DNA of 49,849 nucleotides, taken from assembly GCA_947383425.1 (NCBI GenBank), contig CANDDE010000023.1:1-49849 (forward strand). Reading direction: 5' to 3'. Below, one piece after another: positions 29,209 through 39,058 of the stretch. Below the pieces are notes generated by a model. That model saw only the letters and a program-made list of their open reading frames with translations. It ran no database searches and was not told the DNA's origin. How positions within the stretch are numbered: the stretch's first letter is position 1; each line of letters starts with the position of its first letter. Source of the stretch: an uncultured Clostridia bacterium (GTDB lineage Bacteria > Bacillota > Clostridia > Lachnospirales > Lachnospiraceae). The position numbers and the translations under genes were made by a program.

Positions 29209-30297
29209 ATGATTGAACAAGATCAACAAACCATAACCCATTCCATTTCTCCTGCACTCCTTCCAGCTCCTGCTCAAGAAGTTCTATTCTTTGCAATTGA
29301 AACAACAGGACTCTCTTTTGAACATTCGTTTCTCTATCTAATTGGTTGTATCTATTACAAGGAAAATAACTGGCATCTGCTACAATTCTTTAGTGATCAT
29401 CCAGAAAAAGAAGCAGATTTACTTCGTTCCTTTTTTTCCTTTGCATCCAATTATCACTATCTTATTCACTATAATGGTGATCACTTTGCACTTCCATTCT
29501 TAAAAAAAAGAGCCGCAAAACAAAATATTCCTGTTTCTCTTCCATCTGAATCAATTGATTTATATAAAGAACTACGCCCTTTCCAATCCTTACTTAATCT
29601 AACAACTATGAAACAAAAAAACTTAGAAAACTATTTACACTTTTCTAGAAAAGATACACATACCAGTAAAGAACAAATTAAACAATATAAAATCTACTTA
29701 AATACAAAGGAACATAACCTATTGTCTTCCCTTTTACTACATAACAAAGAAACGTTAAAAGGGCTCCTTTTTATTTTATCTCTTAGGACGCTTCCTCTTT
29801 TAAAAAAAGGACATTTTCACATTCAAAAAACAATTTGCCAGTCCTTTTCTCTTCTTACTGGTGAACAAACACTTTTTGTTACACGCCTGCTTCCGTTCTC
29901 CCCTCTTCTTGTTCCTATCTATTATCAAAATGAATTTTGCACAATTACAACCCAAATGGATCATAGTATTCAAATTAAAATACCTGTCTTTACTGGAACA
30001 CTAAAATACTTTTATTCTAACTATAAAGATTATTATTATCTTCCAGAAGAAGACTATGCCATTCACAAAAGTGTCGCCTCTTATGTCGATACCTCTCACC
30101 GTATAAAAGCCAAAAAAAGTACCTGTTATACCAAAAAGAACAGTCACTTTTTAATTCAGCCAACACCCCTTTATACACCAAAATTTAAACAAAATTATAA
30201 TGATATTTACAGCTATTTTGAACTAACAGAAGAATTTCTAAATTCCCTTGCCAAACAAAAAGATTATTTTACAATTTTACTTTCACAATTTTTATAA
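29209..30297 (+). CDS. YprB-like RNase H-fold (DnaQ-like) predicted 3'-5' exonuclease
   Basis: 362 aa. Exo motif I (FFAIETTGL). Exo motif II-like (HYNGDHFALPFL). Only plus-strand gene in the window. Confidence 0.6.
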   Translation: MIEQDQQTITHSISPALLPAPAQEVLFFAIETTGLSFEHSFLYLIGCIYYKENNWHLLQFFSDHPEKEADLLRSFFSFASNYHYLIHYNGDHFALPFLKKRAAKQNIPVSLPSESIDLYKELRPFQSLLNLTTMKQKNLENYLHFSRKDTHTSKEQIKQYKIYLNTKEHNLLSSLLLHNKETLKGLLFILSLRTLPLLKKGHFHIQKTICQSFSLLTGEQTLFVTRLLPFSPLLVPIYYQNEFCTITTQMDHSIQIKIPVFTGTLKYFYSNYKDYYYLPEEDYAIHKSVASYVDTSHRIKAKKSTCYTKKNSHFLIQPTPLYTPKFKQNYNDIYSYFELTEEFLNSLAKQKDYFTILLSQFL

Positions 30298-30313
30298 AAT
30301 ACGATTCTTTACT

Positions 30314-30365
30314 AAAAAAAGGACTATAACAAAATTATCACATTCTGTTATAGTCCTTGCCTTTT
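30314..30365. terminator. bidirectional rho-independent terminator between convergent genes
   Basis: 10-bp stem ggactataac/gttatagtcc with 16-nt loop. A-run on one side, T-run on the other. Confidence 0.6.
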
Positions 30366-30379
30366 AAAACAATAAGCAA

Positions 30380-31204
30380 TTACTTTATCTTTTTATAGAA
30401 AAACGATTTATAAGACTCATAATTTAATTCTCGATATTTAATAATCTGCTCTGTACTTCCAACAAAAAGATAGCCTCCTATCCGTAAAGTTGCATTAAAC
30501 TTACGATAAATTTCCTCTTTTGCTTCCTCTGTAAAATAGATTAATACATTTCGGCAGAGAATCAAATCAAAGTTTGTTGGATAAGTATCTTTTAATAAAT
30601 TATGTTGTTTAAATTGTACGCATTTTTTAATATCATTACTAATTTGAAATGCCGAATTTCCAACTGAAGTAAAATATTTACTTACAAAGTCTTTTGGTAA
30701 GCCTGCTAAGCTTTTTTGCGTATAAAGCCCTGTTTGTGCTTTTTCAAGAACCTGTTTATCAATATCCGTTGCCATAATTGAAATATTAGAAAGTGGCATA
30801 TACTTTCCAAGTACCATTGCTAATGTATAAGGCTCATCTCCAGTAGAACAAGCAGCACTCCAAATCTTTAATCGCCCTGTTGCATTTTTCATCAAAATTG
30901 GTAAAATTTCATTTTCCAATACTTTCCACTGTTCTGGATTCCGGTAAAACTCTGAAACATTAATTGTCAGGTAATTAATAAATTCTTCTAATAAATCTTC
31001 CTGTTTTTTAATTGCTGCAACATAATCCTCATATCCAGAAAACTTATTTTTTGCAATCAGTGAATCAATTCTTCGTTTCATCTGACGCTCTTTATACGCA
31101 TTTAAATCAATTTTGGTTAAAGAAAATACTTGTGTTTTAAACTGCTCATAATTCATTGCCATTCCAATAGGCTCCTCCCTTTTCGATACAGTATAAAGTT
31201 GCAA
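30380..31204 (-). CDS. cheR: chemotaxis protein methyltransferase CheR
   Basis: 274 aa. SAM-dependent MTase motif (IWSAACSTGDEPYTLAM). True start probably the internal Met (MAMNYEQFK). Confidence 0.8.
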   Translation of the reverse strand: MQLYTVSKREEPIGMAMNYEQFKTQVFSLTKIDLNAYKERQMKRRIDSLIAKNKFSGYEDYVAAIKKQEDLLEEFINYLTINVSEFYRNPEQWKVLENEILPILMKNATGRLKIWSAACSTGDEPYTLAMVLGKYMPLSNISIMATDIDKQVLEKAQTGLYTQKSLAGLPKDFVSKYFTSVGNSAFQISNDIKKCVQFKQHNLLKDTYPTNFDLILCRNVLIYFTEEAKEEIYRKFNATLRIGGYLFVGSTEQIIKYRELNYESYKSFFYKKIK

Positions 31205-31206
31205 TT

Positions 31207-31265
31207 AATAAAAACCCGCAGTTATCCTTGCCGGAACTTTCTAGAATCCGACTATCAACTGCGGG
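31207..31265 (-). terminator. rho-independent terminator downstream of S1-domain protein gene
   Basis: cccgcagtt...aactgcggg 9-bp stem (large, possibly branched loop) followed in minus sense by tttttatt. Confidence 0.45.
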
Positions 31266-31277
31266 AGAGTGATTGTT

Positions 31278-32360
31278 TTATTCTTCTGCCGGAACAGCTT
31301 CCTCTGCCGGAGTTTCCAAAACTTTCATACTTAAACTAATCTTCTTTTCTGCTTCATTAAAATCTACAATTTTAGCTTTAATTGCCTGTCCAACTTTTAA
31401 GACATCGGATGGTTTTTCTACATGTTCTTTTGAAATTTGGGAAACATGAAGTAACGCATCTACACCAGATTCTAACTCTACAAAAGCTCCAAAATCTGTC
31501 ATTCTAGCAACTCTACCTTCTACCACATTTCCAACTGCATACTTCTTAGCAGCATCTGTCCATGGATTTGCTTCTGGGAATTTCAAACTTAATGCTACTT
31601 TATCTCCACTGATATCCTTGATAAATGCTTTTACTGTATCACCAACTTTAAATACCTTCTTTGGACTTTCCACACGCCCCCAAGACATCTCTGAAATATG
31701 AAGCAAACCATCTGCTCCACCTAAATCAATAAAGGCTCCAAAATCTGTTACATTTTTAACTGTTCCTTCAATTGTCATACCAACTGAAATTCTTTCAAAT
31801 AATTCTCTTTGCAGTTCTGCTTTCTTTGCAAGTAAGAGTTGTTTTCTATCGCCAATAATCCTTCTTCTTTTTGGATTAAATTCACTAATTACAAATTCAA
31901 TCTCTTGTCCTGCATATTTTTCTAAATTCTTTTCATACGTATCCGATACTAAACTTGCTGGAATAAAAACACGTGTTTCATCTACTACAACACTTAAACC
32001 ACCATCTAATACCTGCGCAACAGTTGCTGTTAATACTTCTTTATTGTTATAAGCATCTTCTAATTTCTTATTTCCTTTTTCGGCTGCTAACTTCTTATAA
32101 GAAAGCAATACCTGCCCCTCACCATCATTAACTTTCATAACCTTTACTTGCATCGTATCGCCAACGGAAACCATTGTCGTAAGGTCTGCATTTGGAACAT
32201 TTGTATATTCACTTCTTGTAATAATGCCATCAGCCTTATAGCCTATATTTAAGACAATTTCATCTTCCTTAACACTGATTACAGTACCTTCGACTACCTC
32301 CCCATTTCTGATTGTTTTAAATGATTCTTCCAACATTTGTTCAAAACTTAATTCTGACAT
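31278..32360 (-). CDS. rpsA: 30S ribosomal protein S1-like (four S1 RNA-binding domains)
   Basis: 360 aa. Four repeated S1 domain patterns (G.V..V...GAFV.L). Overlaps ispH end by 20 nt, the typical Firmicutes ispH-rpsA linkage. Confidence 0.75.
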   Translation of the reverse strand: MSELSFEQMLEESFKTIRNGEVVEGTVISVKEDEIVLNIGYKADGIITRSEYTNVPNADLTTMVSVGDTMQVKVMKVNDGEGQVLLSYKKLAAEKGNKKLEDAYNNKEVLTATVAQVLDGGLSVVVDETRVFIPASLVSDTYEKNLEKYAGQEIEFVISEFNPKRRRIIGDRKQLLLAKKAELQRELFERISVGMTIEGTVKNVTDFGAFIDLGGADGLLHISEMSWGRVESPKKVFKVGDTVKAFIKDISGDKVALSLKFPEANPWTDAAKKYAVGNVVEGRVARMTDFGAFVELESGVDALLHVSQISKEHVEKPSDVLKVGQAIKAKIVDFNEAEKKISLSMKVLETPAEEAVPAEE

Positions 32361-33198
32361 TAGTATGAACCTCCTCGATAATATTATTTGGGGTGGAAGC
32401 CCCTGCTGTAATACCTACGCAACCCATGGACTTCAATTTATCAAAATCCAAATCAACAAGTGTCTGTATATAGTAAGTATTTTTACATTCCTTTTTACAT
32501 ATTTCATACAGCTTTTGCGTATTCGAACTGCTTTTACCGCCAATCACAATCATAGCGTCTACTTCAGAAGCAATCTGCTTTGCTTCTGTCTGCCGTTCTT
32601 CTGTCGCATTGCAAATTGTATTACGGACAACTATATCATAACCCTTTTTTGAAATAATTTCAACTAAATCTTTAAATTTCGTATAATGAAAAGTAGTTTG
32701 TGAAACAATACAGACTTTTTTCTCCTTCTCCACTACAAATTCCATTGCTTGTTGTTTATTTTCAATAATTACAGGTGTTGTTTTACACCATCCTTTAATC
32801 CCCTCTACTTCTGGATGTTTATCATTTCCAATTACTACAATTTGATAGCCTTCTTCACTATACTTTGCTACAATCTGATGAATCTTCTTTACAAATGGAC
32901 AAGTAGCATCTACAACTGTAATCCCCTTCTCTTGCAATTTATCATAAATTCGCTTTTCTACTCCATGAGAACGAAGTACAACAATTCCTTCTGTCAGCTT
33001 TTCTAAATCCTCTTCTCCATGCAACACTTTCACACCCTTTTTTTCTAAATCACATACCACTTCTTCATTATGAATTAATGGGCCATATGTATAAATGGCT
33101 GAATGTACAAAAGGATCCTCCAATTTTTGATATACGGCTTCTACCGCTTTTTTTACTCCAAAACAAAATCCCGCTGATTTTGCCACTTTTACTTCCAT
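32341..33198 (-). CDS. ispH: 4-hydroxy-3-methylbut-2-enyl diphosphate reductase
   Basis: 285 aa. IspH/LytB three conserved Cys (GFCFGV, ATCPFV, NTICNAT). Confidence 0.9.
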   Translation of the reverse strand: MEVKVAKSAGFCFGVKKAVEAVYQKLEDPFVHSAIYTYGPLIHNEEVVCDLEKKGVKVLHGEEDLEKLTEGIVVLRSHGVEKRIYDKLQEKGITVVDATCPFVKKIHQIVAKYSEEGYQIVVIGNDKHPEVEGIKGWCKTTPVIIENKQQAMEFVVEKEKKVCIVSQTTFHYTKFKDLVEIISKKGYDIVVRNTICNATEERQTEAKQIASEVDAMIVIGGKSSSNTQKLYEICKKECKNTYYIQTLVDLDFDKLKSMGCVGITAGASTPNNIIEEVHTNVRIKF

Positions 33199-33261
33199 AA
33201 AATCGATTCCTCACATTTTCCATAAACTTCCAAATGACTTGTCTTTCAAATTTTTATCGGC

Positions 33262-33927
33262 TTATTTTGTATTTTCCTTAATAGCCAGAATGGAATTTAT
33301 CACTTCCTCAATGGTTTGATTGGAACTATCAATCAAAACAGCATCCTCTGCCTGACGAAGAGGTGCAAATTCACGATTTTTATCTCGCTCGTCTCGTTCT
33401 TCCATATCTCTTTTTATTTCATCATAATCACTTTTTATCCCCTTCTCTTTTAATTCCAGATAACGGCGATCGGCACGGGCTTTGACACTTGCTGTTAGAT
33501 AAATTTTAATATCTGCATCTGGAAGTACATACGTTCCAATATCCCGTCCATCCATAATAACATCATTTATCTTAGCAAGTTCTCTCTGTAACTCTACTAA
33601 TTTTAACCGAACTTCTGGATAAATACTAATAGCAGAGGCCATTCTTCCAACTGCTTCTTCCCTTAAAAAGGAGGTAACATTCTCTCCATTTAAAATCACT
33701 TGTTGCATACCATCTTTATATTCAATTGCAACTTTTACTTTCTGACAAGCTCCCACAATCGCAACCTGATCGGTTGCTGCAAATCCAAGTCGAAGAAAAT
33801 ATAATGCCATTGCACGATACATTGCACCAGTATCTACATAAATATATTCTAATCTTTTTGCTAATTCTTTCGCTATTGTACTTTTGCCAGCTCCTGCTGG
33901 TCCATCGATTGCAATATTATATTTCAT
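33262..33927 (-). CDS. cmk: (d)CMP kinase
   Basis: P-loop (IAIDGPAGAGKST). Start placed at internal Met (MKYNIAIDG), which is preceded by GGAG. The longer ORF would overlap the upstream gene by 44 nt. Confidence 0.85.
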   Translation of the reverse strand: MKYNIAIDGPAGAGKSTIAKELAKRLEYIYVDTGAMYRAMALYFLRLGFAATDQVAIVGACQKVKVAIEYKDGMQQVILNGENVTSFLREEAVGRMASAISIYPEVRLKLVELQRELAKINDVIMDGRDIGTYVLPDADIKIYLTASVKARADRRYLELKEKGIKSDYDEIKRDMEERDERDKNREFAPLRQAEDAVLIDSSNQTIEEVINSILAIKENTK

Positions 33928-33979
33928 AACATTCTCCATTTTTCTTATTTTATTCATTTTTATAAAAACCACTCTTTTT

Positions 33980-35209
33980 TTATTGGATTGCATTTGCTGC
34001 TGCATAAGCAGTAGACCAAGCAATCTGTAAGTTAAATCCTCCTGTCAATGCATCTAAATCCAATACCTCTCCAATAAAGTAAATCCCTTTTACTAGTTTC
34101 GATTCCATACTAGCAGGTGTTATTTCTGAAACTGCCACTCCTCCACGAGTAATAATTGCTTCTGAAAAGCCCCGATAACCAATTAAGGTAAATTGAAAAT
34201 CTTTTAGTGTTTCTACTATCTTTATTCTTTCCGTTTTTGTGATTTCATTTACTTTTTTCTCAAAAGAAATCTCCATATAATCAAGTACAATAGGAACCAT
34301 CTTCCGAGGAAGCAAAGTATCCATAACATTCTTTATCTGTTTCTTTTGATTTGCTTCAAACTCCCGAAGAATTCTTGCTTCTAATTGTTTTTTGTCAAGT
34401 GCTGGCTTTAAATCAATAGAAAGTTTCAATTCTCCCTTTTCCATTTCCTCACTTACTAAACTGCTTGCGCTTAATATCACTGGCCCACTTACACCAAAAT
34501 GAGTAAATAGCATTTCTCCAAATTCCGAATAAATCGACTTTTTTCCGCTATAAATCGTAACCCGAATATTTTTAAGTGAAATTCCTTGCAGCTTTTCTAC
34601 CCAAGCTTCTTTTACAATAAATGGCACCAATCCTGGTTTTAATTTTGTAACAGTATGTCCCATCTTTTTTGCAAACTGATAACCGTCTCCCGTTGATCCG
34701 GTGGAAGGATAGGAAATTCCTCCAGTTGCAATGAATACTGCATCTGCCTTTACTACTTGTCGATTTGACAGACGAATCCCACTGCAATGCCCTTTTTCTA
34801 CTAATACTTCTTCCACTTGTGTATGCAAATGTATCTTTACTCCCAAATGCTGCATCTTTCTTTGCAAAGTAAAAATAACATCCGAAGCTTTATCCGATTC
34901 TGGAAATACCCTTCCGCCACGTTCTGTCTTTATTCTAAGTCCAAGCTCTGTCAAAAAATTCATCATATCATAATTATGAAATCCATAAAAAGCACTGTAA
35001 AGAAATTTTGGATTTCCAACCACATTGGCAAATAATGTATCCATATCACAGGCATTTGTAATATTACAACGTCCTTTTCCAGTAATATAAAGCTTTTTTC
35101 CTAATTTTTCATTTTTTTCAAAAACCTGAACCTCATGACCATTTTTAGCTGCAACGATAGCAGCTAACATCCCCGCTGCGCCGCCTCCTACAATTAATAC
35201 TTTTCTCAT
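33980..35209 (-). CDS. HI0933/BaiN-family NAD(P)/FAD-dependent oxidoreductase
   Basis: 409 aa. N-terminal FAD dinucleotide-binding fold (VLIVGGGAAGMLAA). ITGKGRCN motif of the HI0933-like family. Confidence 0.8.
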   Translation of the reverse strand: MRKVLIVGGGAAGMLAAIVAAKNGHEVQVFEKNEKLGKKLYITGKGRCNITNACDMDTLFANVVGNPKFLYSAFYGFHNYDMMNFLTELGLRIKTERGGRVFPESDKASDVIFTLQRKMQHLGVKIHLHTQVEEVLVEKGHCSGIRLSNRQVVKADAVFIATGGISYPSTGSTGDGYQFAKKMGHTVTKLKPGLVPFIVKEAWVEKLQGISLKNIRVTIYSGKKSIYSEFGEMLFTHFGVSGPVILSASSLVSEEMEKGELKLSIDLKPALDKKQLEARILREFEANQKKQIKNVMDTLLPRKMVPIVLDYMEISFEKKVNEITKTERIKIVETLKDFQFTLIGYRGFSEAIITRGGVAVSEITPASMESKLVKGIYFIGEVLDLDALTGGFNLQIAWSTAYAAANAIQ

Positions 35210-35224
35210 TCTCCTTCTCCTTAT

Positions 35225-36133
35225 TTATTCATCAAGCTCCTGTTTTGCTGCCTGTATCTCGTCATTATTATAAATTTGATATTCATCCCATATTTGCTCT
35301 AATCTTTCTAAATTTTGAACCACTTCGCCCCGCCTTTTTATACAAAGTGCAACCACTAATGCATTAATTACACTTAATGGAGCAACCAAAGAATCCACAA
35401 TCGAAGCCATATCACTTTTTGCCAATAAACTATAAGTCGCATATAGATTCATTGGAGAATTTGAGCTATCTGTTAAAGCAACCACTTTTGCCCCCTGGTG
35501 ATTTGCAAATTCCAATGCTTTTAATGTTCGCATAGAATAACGTGGAAAACTAATTCCAATCATCACATCTCTTTCTCCTATCCGAAGCATCTGCTCAAAT
35601 AACTCGCTTGAATTACTGCTTTGTAAAATCCGAACATCTTCCAATATTAAATTTAAATAAAATCCAAGAAAATTAGCAAGTGGTGCACAACTTCGAATTC
35701 CAATAATATAAACGGTCTTTGCATTAAGAATTGTATCCACAGTTTGTCCAAATACATTTTTATCAATTGTATCCAACGTTATCTTTATTTTCTCTATATC
35801 TGCACTTAACACAGAATCTAATACATCTGTTTCTGAAAGAATTCCAGATGTCATTTCCATTCGCTGAATGGAATTTAATTTTTGCTTTATATACTCCTTT
35901 AGTGCTCTTTGAAATTCTGGATATCCTTTATATCCAAGACTAATTGCAAACCGTACAACTGTTGATTCACTTACTCCAACTGCTTCTCCTAATTTTGCCG
36001 CAGTTAAAAAAGCAGCTTTATTGGAATGTTTTTCAATATAACGTAAAATCATCCTCTGTCCTTTACTTAGTCTTTTCTTCTTATCTTGCACCTTTTCTTG
36101 TATTCTTTTTTGTATATCATATTGTGGTTCCAT
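35225..36133 (-). CDS. MurR/RpiR-family transcriptional regulator (HTH + SIS domain)
   Basis: 302 aa. N-terminal RpiR HTH. C-terminal SIS phosphosugar-binding domain. Confidence 0.8.
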   Translation of the reverse strand: MEPQYDIQKRIQEKVQDKKKRLSKGQRMILRYIEKHSNKAAFLTAAKLGEAVGVSESTVVRFAISLGYKGYPEFQRALKEYIKQKLNSIQRMEMTSGILSETDVLDSVLSADIEKIKITLDTIDKNVFGQTVDTILNAKTVYIIGIRSCAPLANFLGFYLNLILEDVRILQSSNSSELFEQMLRIGERDVMIGISFPRYSMRTLKALEFANHQGAKVVALTDSSNSPMNLYATYSLLAKSDMASIVDSLVAPLSVINALVVALCIKRRGEVVQNLERLEQIWDEYQIYNNDEIQAAKQELDE

Positions 36134-36180
36134 TTTTTCTACTCCCTACAAAATCGTTTACTTTTTTCATCCTATGTTAG

Positions 36181-37179
36181 TTAATCAAAAATTTTCATCA
36201 ATTCATAAACCCTAACTTTTGTCATCTCTGCTGCTTTTTGATTCATAACCATTGGTTGTATTGATCCTCCTTCATGTTCTGCTCCTGCTTTTGCAATCTC
36301 TTGCTCCTTTAAAGCAATCCATTTTAATTGTTCAGCAGTTAGAATTTTCATCGTTTCTGTATCCTGTGTCTGTTTTAAAACTTCCCATACTCGATTTAGC
36401 AAAGAGTCCCACAAATCGTACAGCTCTTTTGTTTTTTCATTATATTCTAATTGAGTAAGAATATCATTTGTTATTGATTCCTCTAAAGATGCTGCACTTG
36501 TTTCATTATAAGTAATTATTTTTTTTAGCTCATCAATTACATGATAACTTGAAAATCCAAATTGGCTAACTTCATTATTTAAAACATAAAATGGAAGTTT
36601 TCTATCCTTTTCTTCTCCTTCGTTCATCCAACTTCCTTGCACCCACATTTGAACTTCTTTTGAAAGTTCTGTATATGGTGTTCCAGGCAAATAAATTAAA
36701 ATATTTTGTGTGTTCTCTAATCCATAGGCATCTGTATAGCGATACAACATCTCATCCTTAATCTCTTCTGTACCTGCTTCTTTTTCATATTCTATCTGAG
36801 CAATCTGTACAGAATACGTAAATTCATTTACTTTTACTGGTTGTGTAAACTGACCATGAAACTTACACTGATAAGCTACACCTTTATAATTTTCTCCTGC
36901 TTCTGCATCATGATCCAAATATTCTCCAGAAAAATTTCCATTTTCATGAATCATTAAAACAGTTCTCCAAGCACCTGCACCACTAGAAAAATAAAATTCA
37001 AAATTCTTAAGATCTGAAAAAGAAAACTCATTTTTTTCCAAAACTAATTCTTGTATAACCTTAGTTTCTGTATTTCCTACTGTATTTTGAGTTGTTTCTT
37101 GTTTTTGATTTCTGCAACTGCATATGATAAACACCATACTTCCAATTAATATAAACCTTATCACTTTTATCTTTTTCAT
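36181..37179 (-). CDS. hypothetical lipoprotein
   Basis: 332 aa. Signal peptide with lipobox-like FIICSC. No recognisable catalytic motifs. Confidence 0.5.
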   Translation of the reverse strand: MKKIKVIRFILIGSMVFIICSCRNQKQETTQNTVGNTETKVIQELVLEKNEFSFSDLKNFEFYFSSGAGAWRTVLMIHENGNFSGEYLDHDAEAGENYKGVAYQCKFHGQFTQPVKVNEFTYSVQIAQIEYEKEAGTEEIKDEMLYRYTDAYGLENTQNILIYLPGTPYTELSKEVQMWVQGSWMNEGEEKDRKLPFYVLNNEVSQFGFSSYHVIDELKKIITYNETSAASLEESITNDILTQLEYNEKTKELYDLWDSLLNRVWEVLKQTQDTETMKILTAEQLKWIALKEQEIAKAGAEHEGGSIQPMVMNQKAAEMTKVRVYELMKIFD

Positions 37180-37303
37180 CTCCTTTTTCTAAACTCCAGA
37201 AGTATCATACCATAACTATTTCTTAAATTCCATTCTTTTTTAATAATTAAAAAAGAGGAGTTTTTTCAGACTCCTCTTAAACTTTTTCTTCTATTTCCAT
37301 CTT

Positions 37304-39058
37304 TTAACGGTTTTTAGGTGCACGAGGCATTTCCCAAGCTTTATGATCAGTATGTAACAACAAATGTGCTTTATGTGAATTTGGTCGCTCCATATAGTCA
37401 CTATAAAGCCGAAGCACATCTGGATTTTCATGTGAAAATCGAATCGCATAATTTCGATCCAAAAAATAAAGGTTCTCTCTTCGTTCATTTGTCAAATTTT
37501 CTTCATTATGAATTGGCTGTCCACCGCCACCAACACATCCGCCAGGACAAGCCATAACTTCAACAAAATCATAGTGTACCTTTCCTGCCTCTAGTGCTTC
37601 TAAAAGTTGTCTGGTGTTTCCCAAGCCACTTACTACAGCTACTTTTACCTGTGCATCTGCAATTGGAACAACTGCTTCTATCCAGCCTTGTTTTCCAGCC
37701 TCCATTCCTCGAACCTGTTCAAATGCATCTGGATCAGGATTCTTTCCTGTAATCAGATAGTGTGCAGAACGAAGTGCTGCCTCCATAACACCACCTGTTG
37801 TTCCAAAGATTACACCTGCTCCTGTTCCATCGTGCATAATCTGATCACATTCTTTTTCAACTAATGTATCCACTTTAATATGTGCAGAACGAATCATTCG
37901 ATCCAATTCTCTTGTTGTCAATACTAAATCTACATCATGTCCGCCATATTCCTCAAAATACAGTTCCATTTTACTTTCGCCTTTTTTTGCTACACAAGGC
38001 ATAACGGAAACAGTTACAATATTCTCTGGTTTTACTCCAATCTTTTCTGCAAAATAGCTCTTCATTACAGCTCCAAACATCTGCTGTGGTGATTTTGCTG
38101 TTGAAAGATATGGAACCAAATGTGGATATTGTGATTTGATAAAGCGAATCCATCCAGGACAACAGGAAGTAAACATAGGATGATTTCGTGTCTCACCCTT
38201 ACGGAATCGCTCTACAAACTCTGCTCCCTCTTCCATAATCGTTAAATCTGCTGAAAATACACTGTCAAATACATAGTCAAATCCCATTCGTTTTAATGCA
38301 TCTACCATCTTTCCAACTGTGGCATGTTCCCGCTTCATTCCTAGTACTTCTCCCCATGCAGTACGAACTGCAGGCGCAATCTGCACCACAGTAATTTTAT
38401 TTTTATCTTCGATTGCATTCCATGCTTTTTCTGTATCATCTCTTACCCGCAATGCACCTGTTGGACAATGGGTAATACACTGCCCGCATAGAGAACAGTC
38501 TGCTTCTTCAATCTTTCGATTTAAAGATACATTTACTGTTGTTCTAGAACCAGTTCCTGTTAAATCCCAGACATGCAGTCCTTGTACTTTATCACAGATT
38601 TGAATACAACGCATACATTTAATACATTTTGCAGCATTGCGAATCAATGGAAATTCTTTATTCCAAGGGAGTTTTTCAATCTCCATTTTATAAGGAATTT
38701 CCAATATATTCAAATCATTTGCAATCTCTTGTAATGCACAATTTCCACTTCTTACACAAGTAGCACAATGACAGTCATGTTGTGAAAGAATCAATTCAAT
38801 CGTATTTTTCCGATTCATACGTACTTTACGGCTATTGGTATAAATCACCATACCTTCTTCTACTTTATTATTACAGGAAATAATCAGCTTATCTTTTCCT
38901 TCTACTTCTACTACACAAACTCGGCATGCCCCAATCTCATTGATTCCTTTTAAATAGCAAAGTCTTGGAATTGGAATTCCTGCCTGTTTTGCTGCTTCGA
39001 TAACAGTTGTTCCTTCTGGTACACATACCGCCTGATGATCAATTGTAAGATTTACCAT
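37304..39058 (-). CDS. [FeFe]-hydrogenase catalytic subunit with N-terminal 2Fe-2S and 4Fe-4S domains
   Basis: 584 aa. H-cluster motifs TSCCPGW, MPCVAKK, EVMACPGGCVGGGG. N-terminal ferredoxin-like Cys clusters. Confidence 0.85.
   Translation of the reverse strand: MVNLTIDHQAVCVPEGTTVIEAAKQAGIPIPRLCYLKGINEIGACRVCVVEVEGKDKLIISCNNKVEEGMVIYTNSRKVRMNRKNTIELILSQHDCHCATCVRSGNCALQEIANDLNILEIPYKMEIEKLPWNKEFPLIRNAAKCIKCMRCIQICDKVQGLHVWDLTGTGSRTTVNVSLNRKIEEADCSLCGQCITHCPTGALRVRDDTEKAWNAIEDKNKITVVQIAPAVRTAWGEVLGMKREHATVGKMVDALKRMGFDYVFDSVFSADLTIMEEGAEFVERFRKGETRNHPMFTSCCPGWIRFIKSQYPHLVPYLSTAKSPQQMFGAVMKSYFAEKIGVKPENIVTVSVMPCVAKKGESKMELYFEEYGGHDVDLVLTTRELDRMIRSAHIKVDTLVEKECDQIMHDGTGAGVIFGTTGGVMEAALRSAHYLITGKNPDPDAFEQVRGMEAGKQGWIEAVVPIADAQVKVAVVSGLGNTRQLLEALEAGKVHYDFVEVMACPGGCVGGGGQPIHNEENLTNERRENLYFLDRNYAIRFSHENPDVLRLYSDYMERPNSHKAHLLLHTDHKAWEMPRAPKNR

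Noticed and set aside
33928-34023. N-terminal extension of the cmk ORF (MLGLLLMQQQ...)
   Set aside because: It would overlap the upstream flavoprotein gene by 44 nt. A strong GGAG-ATG start exists at the conserved MKYNIAIDG.
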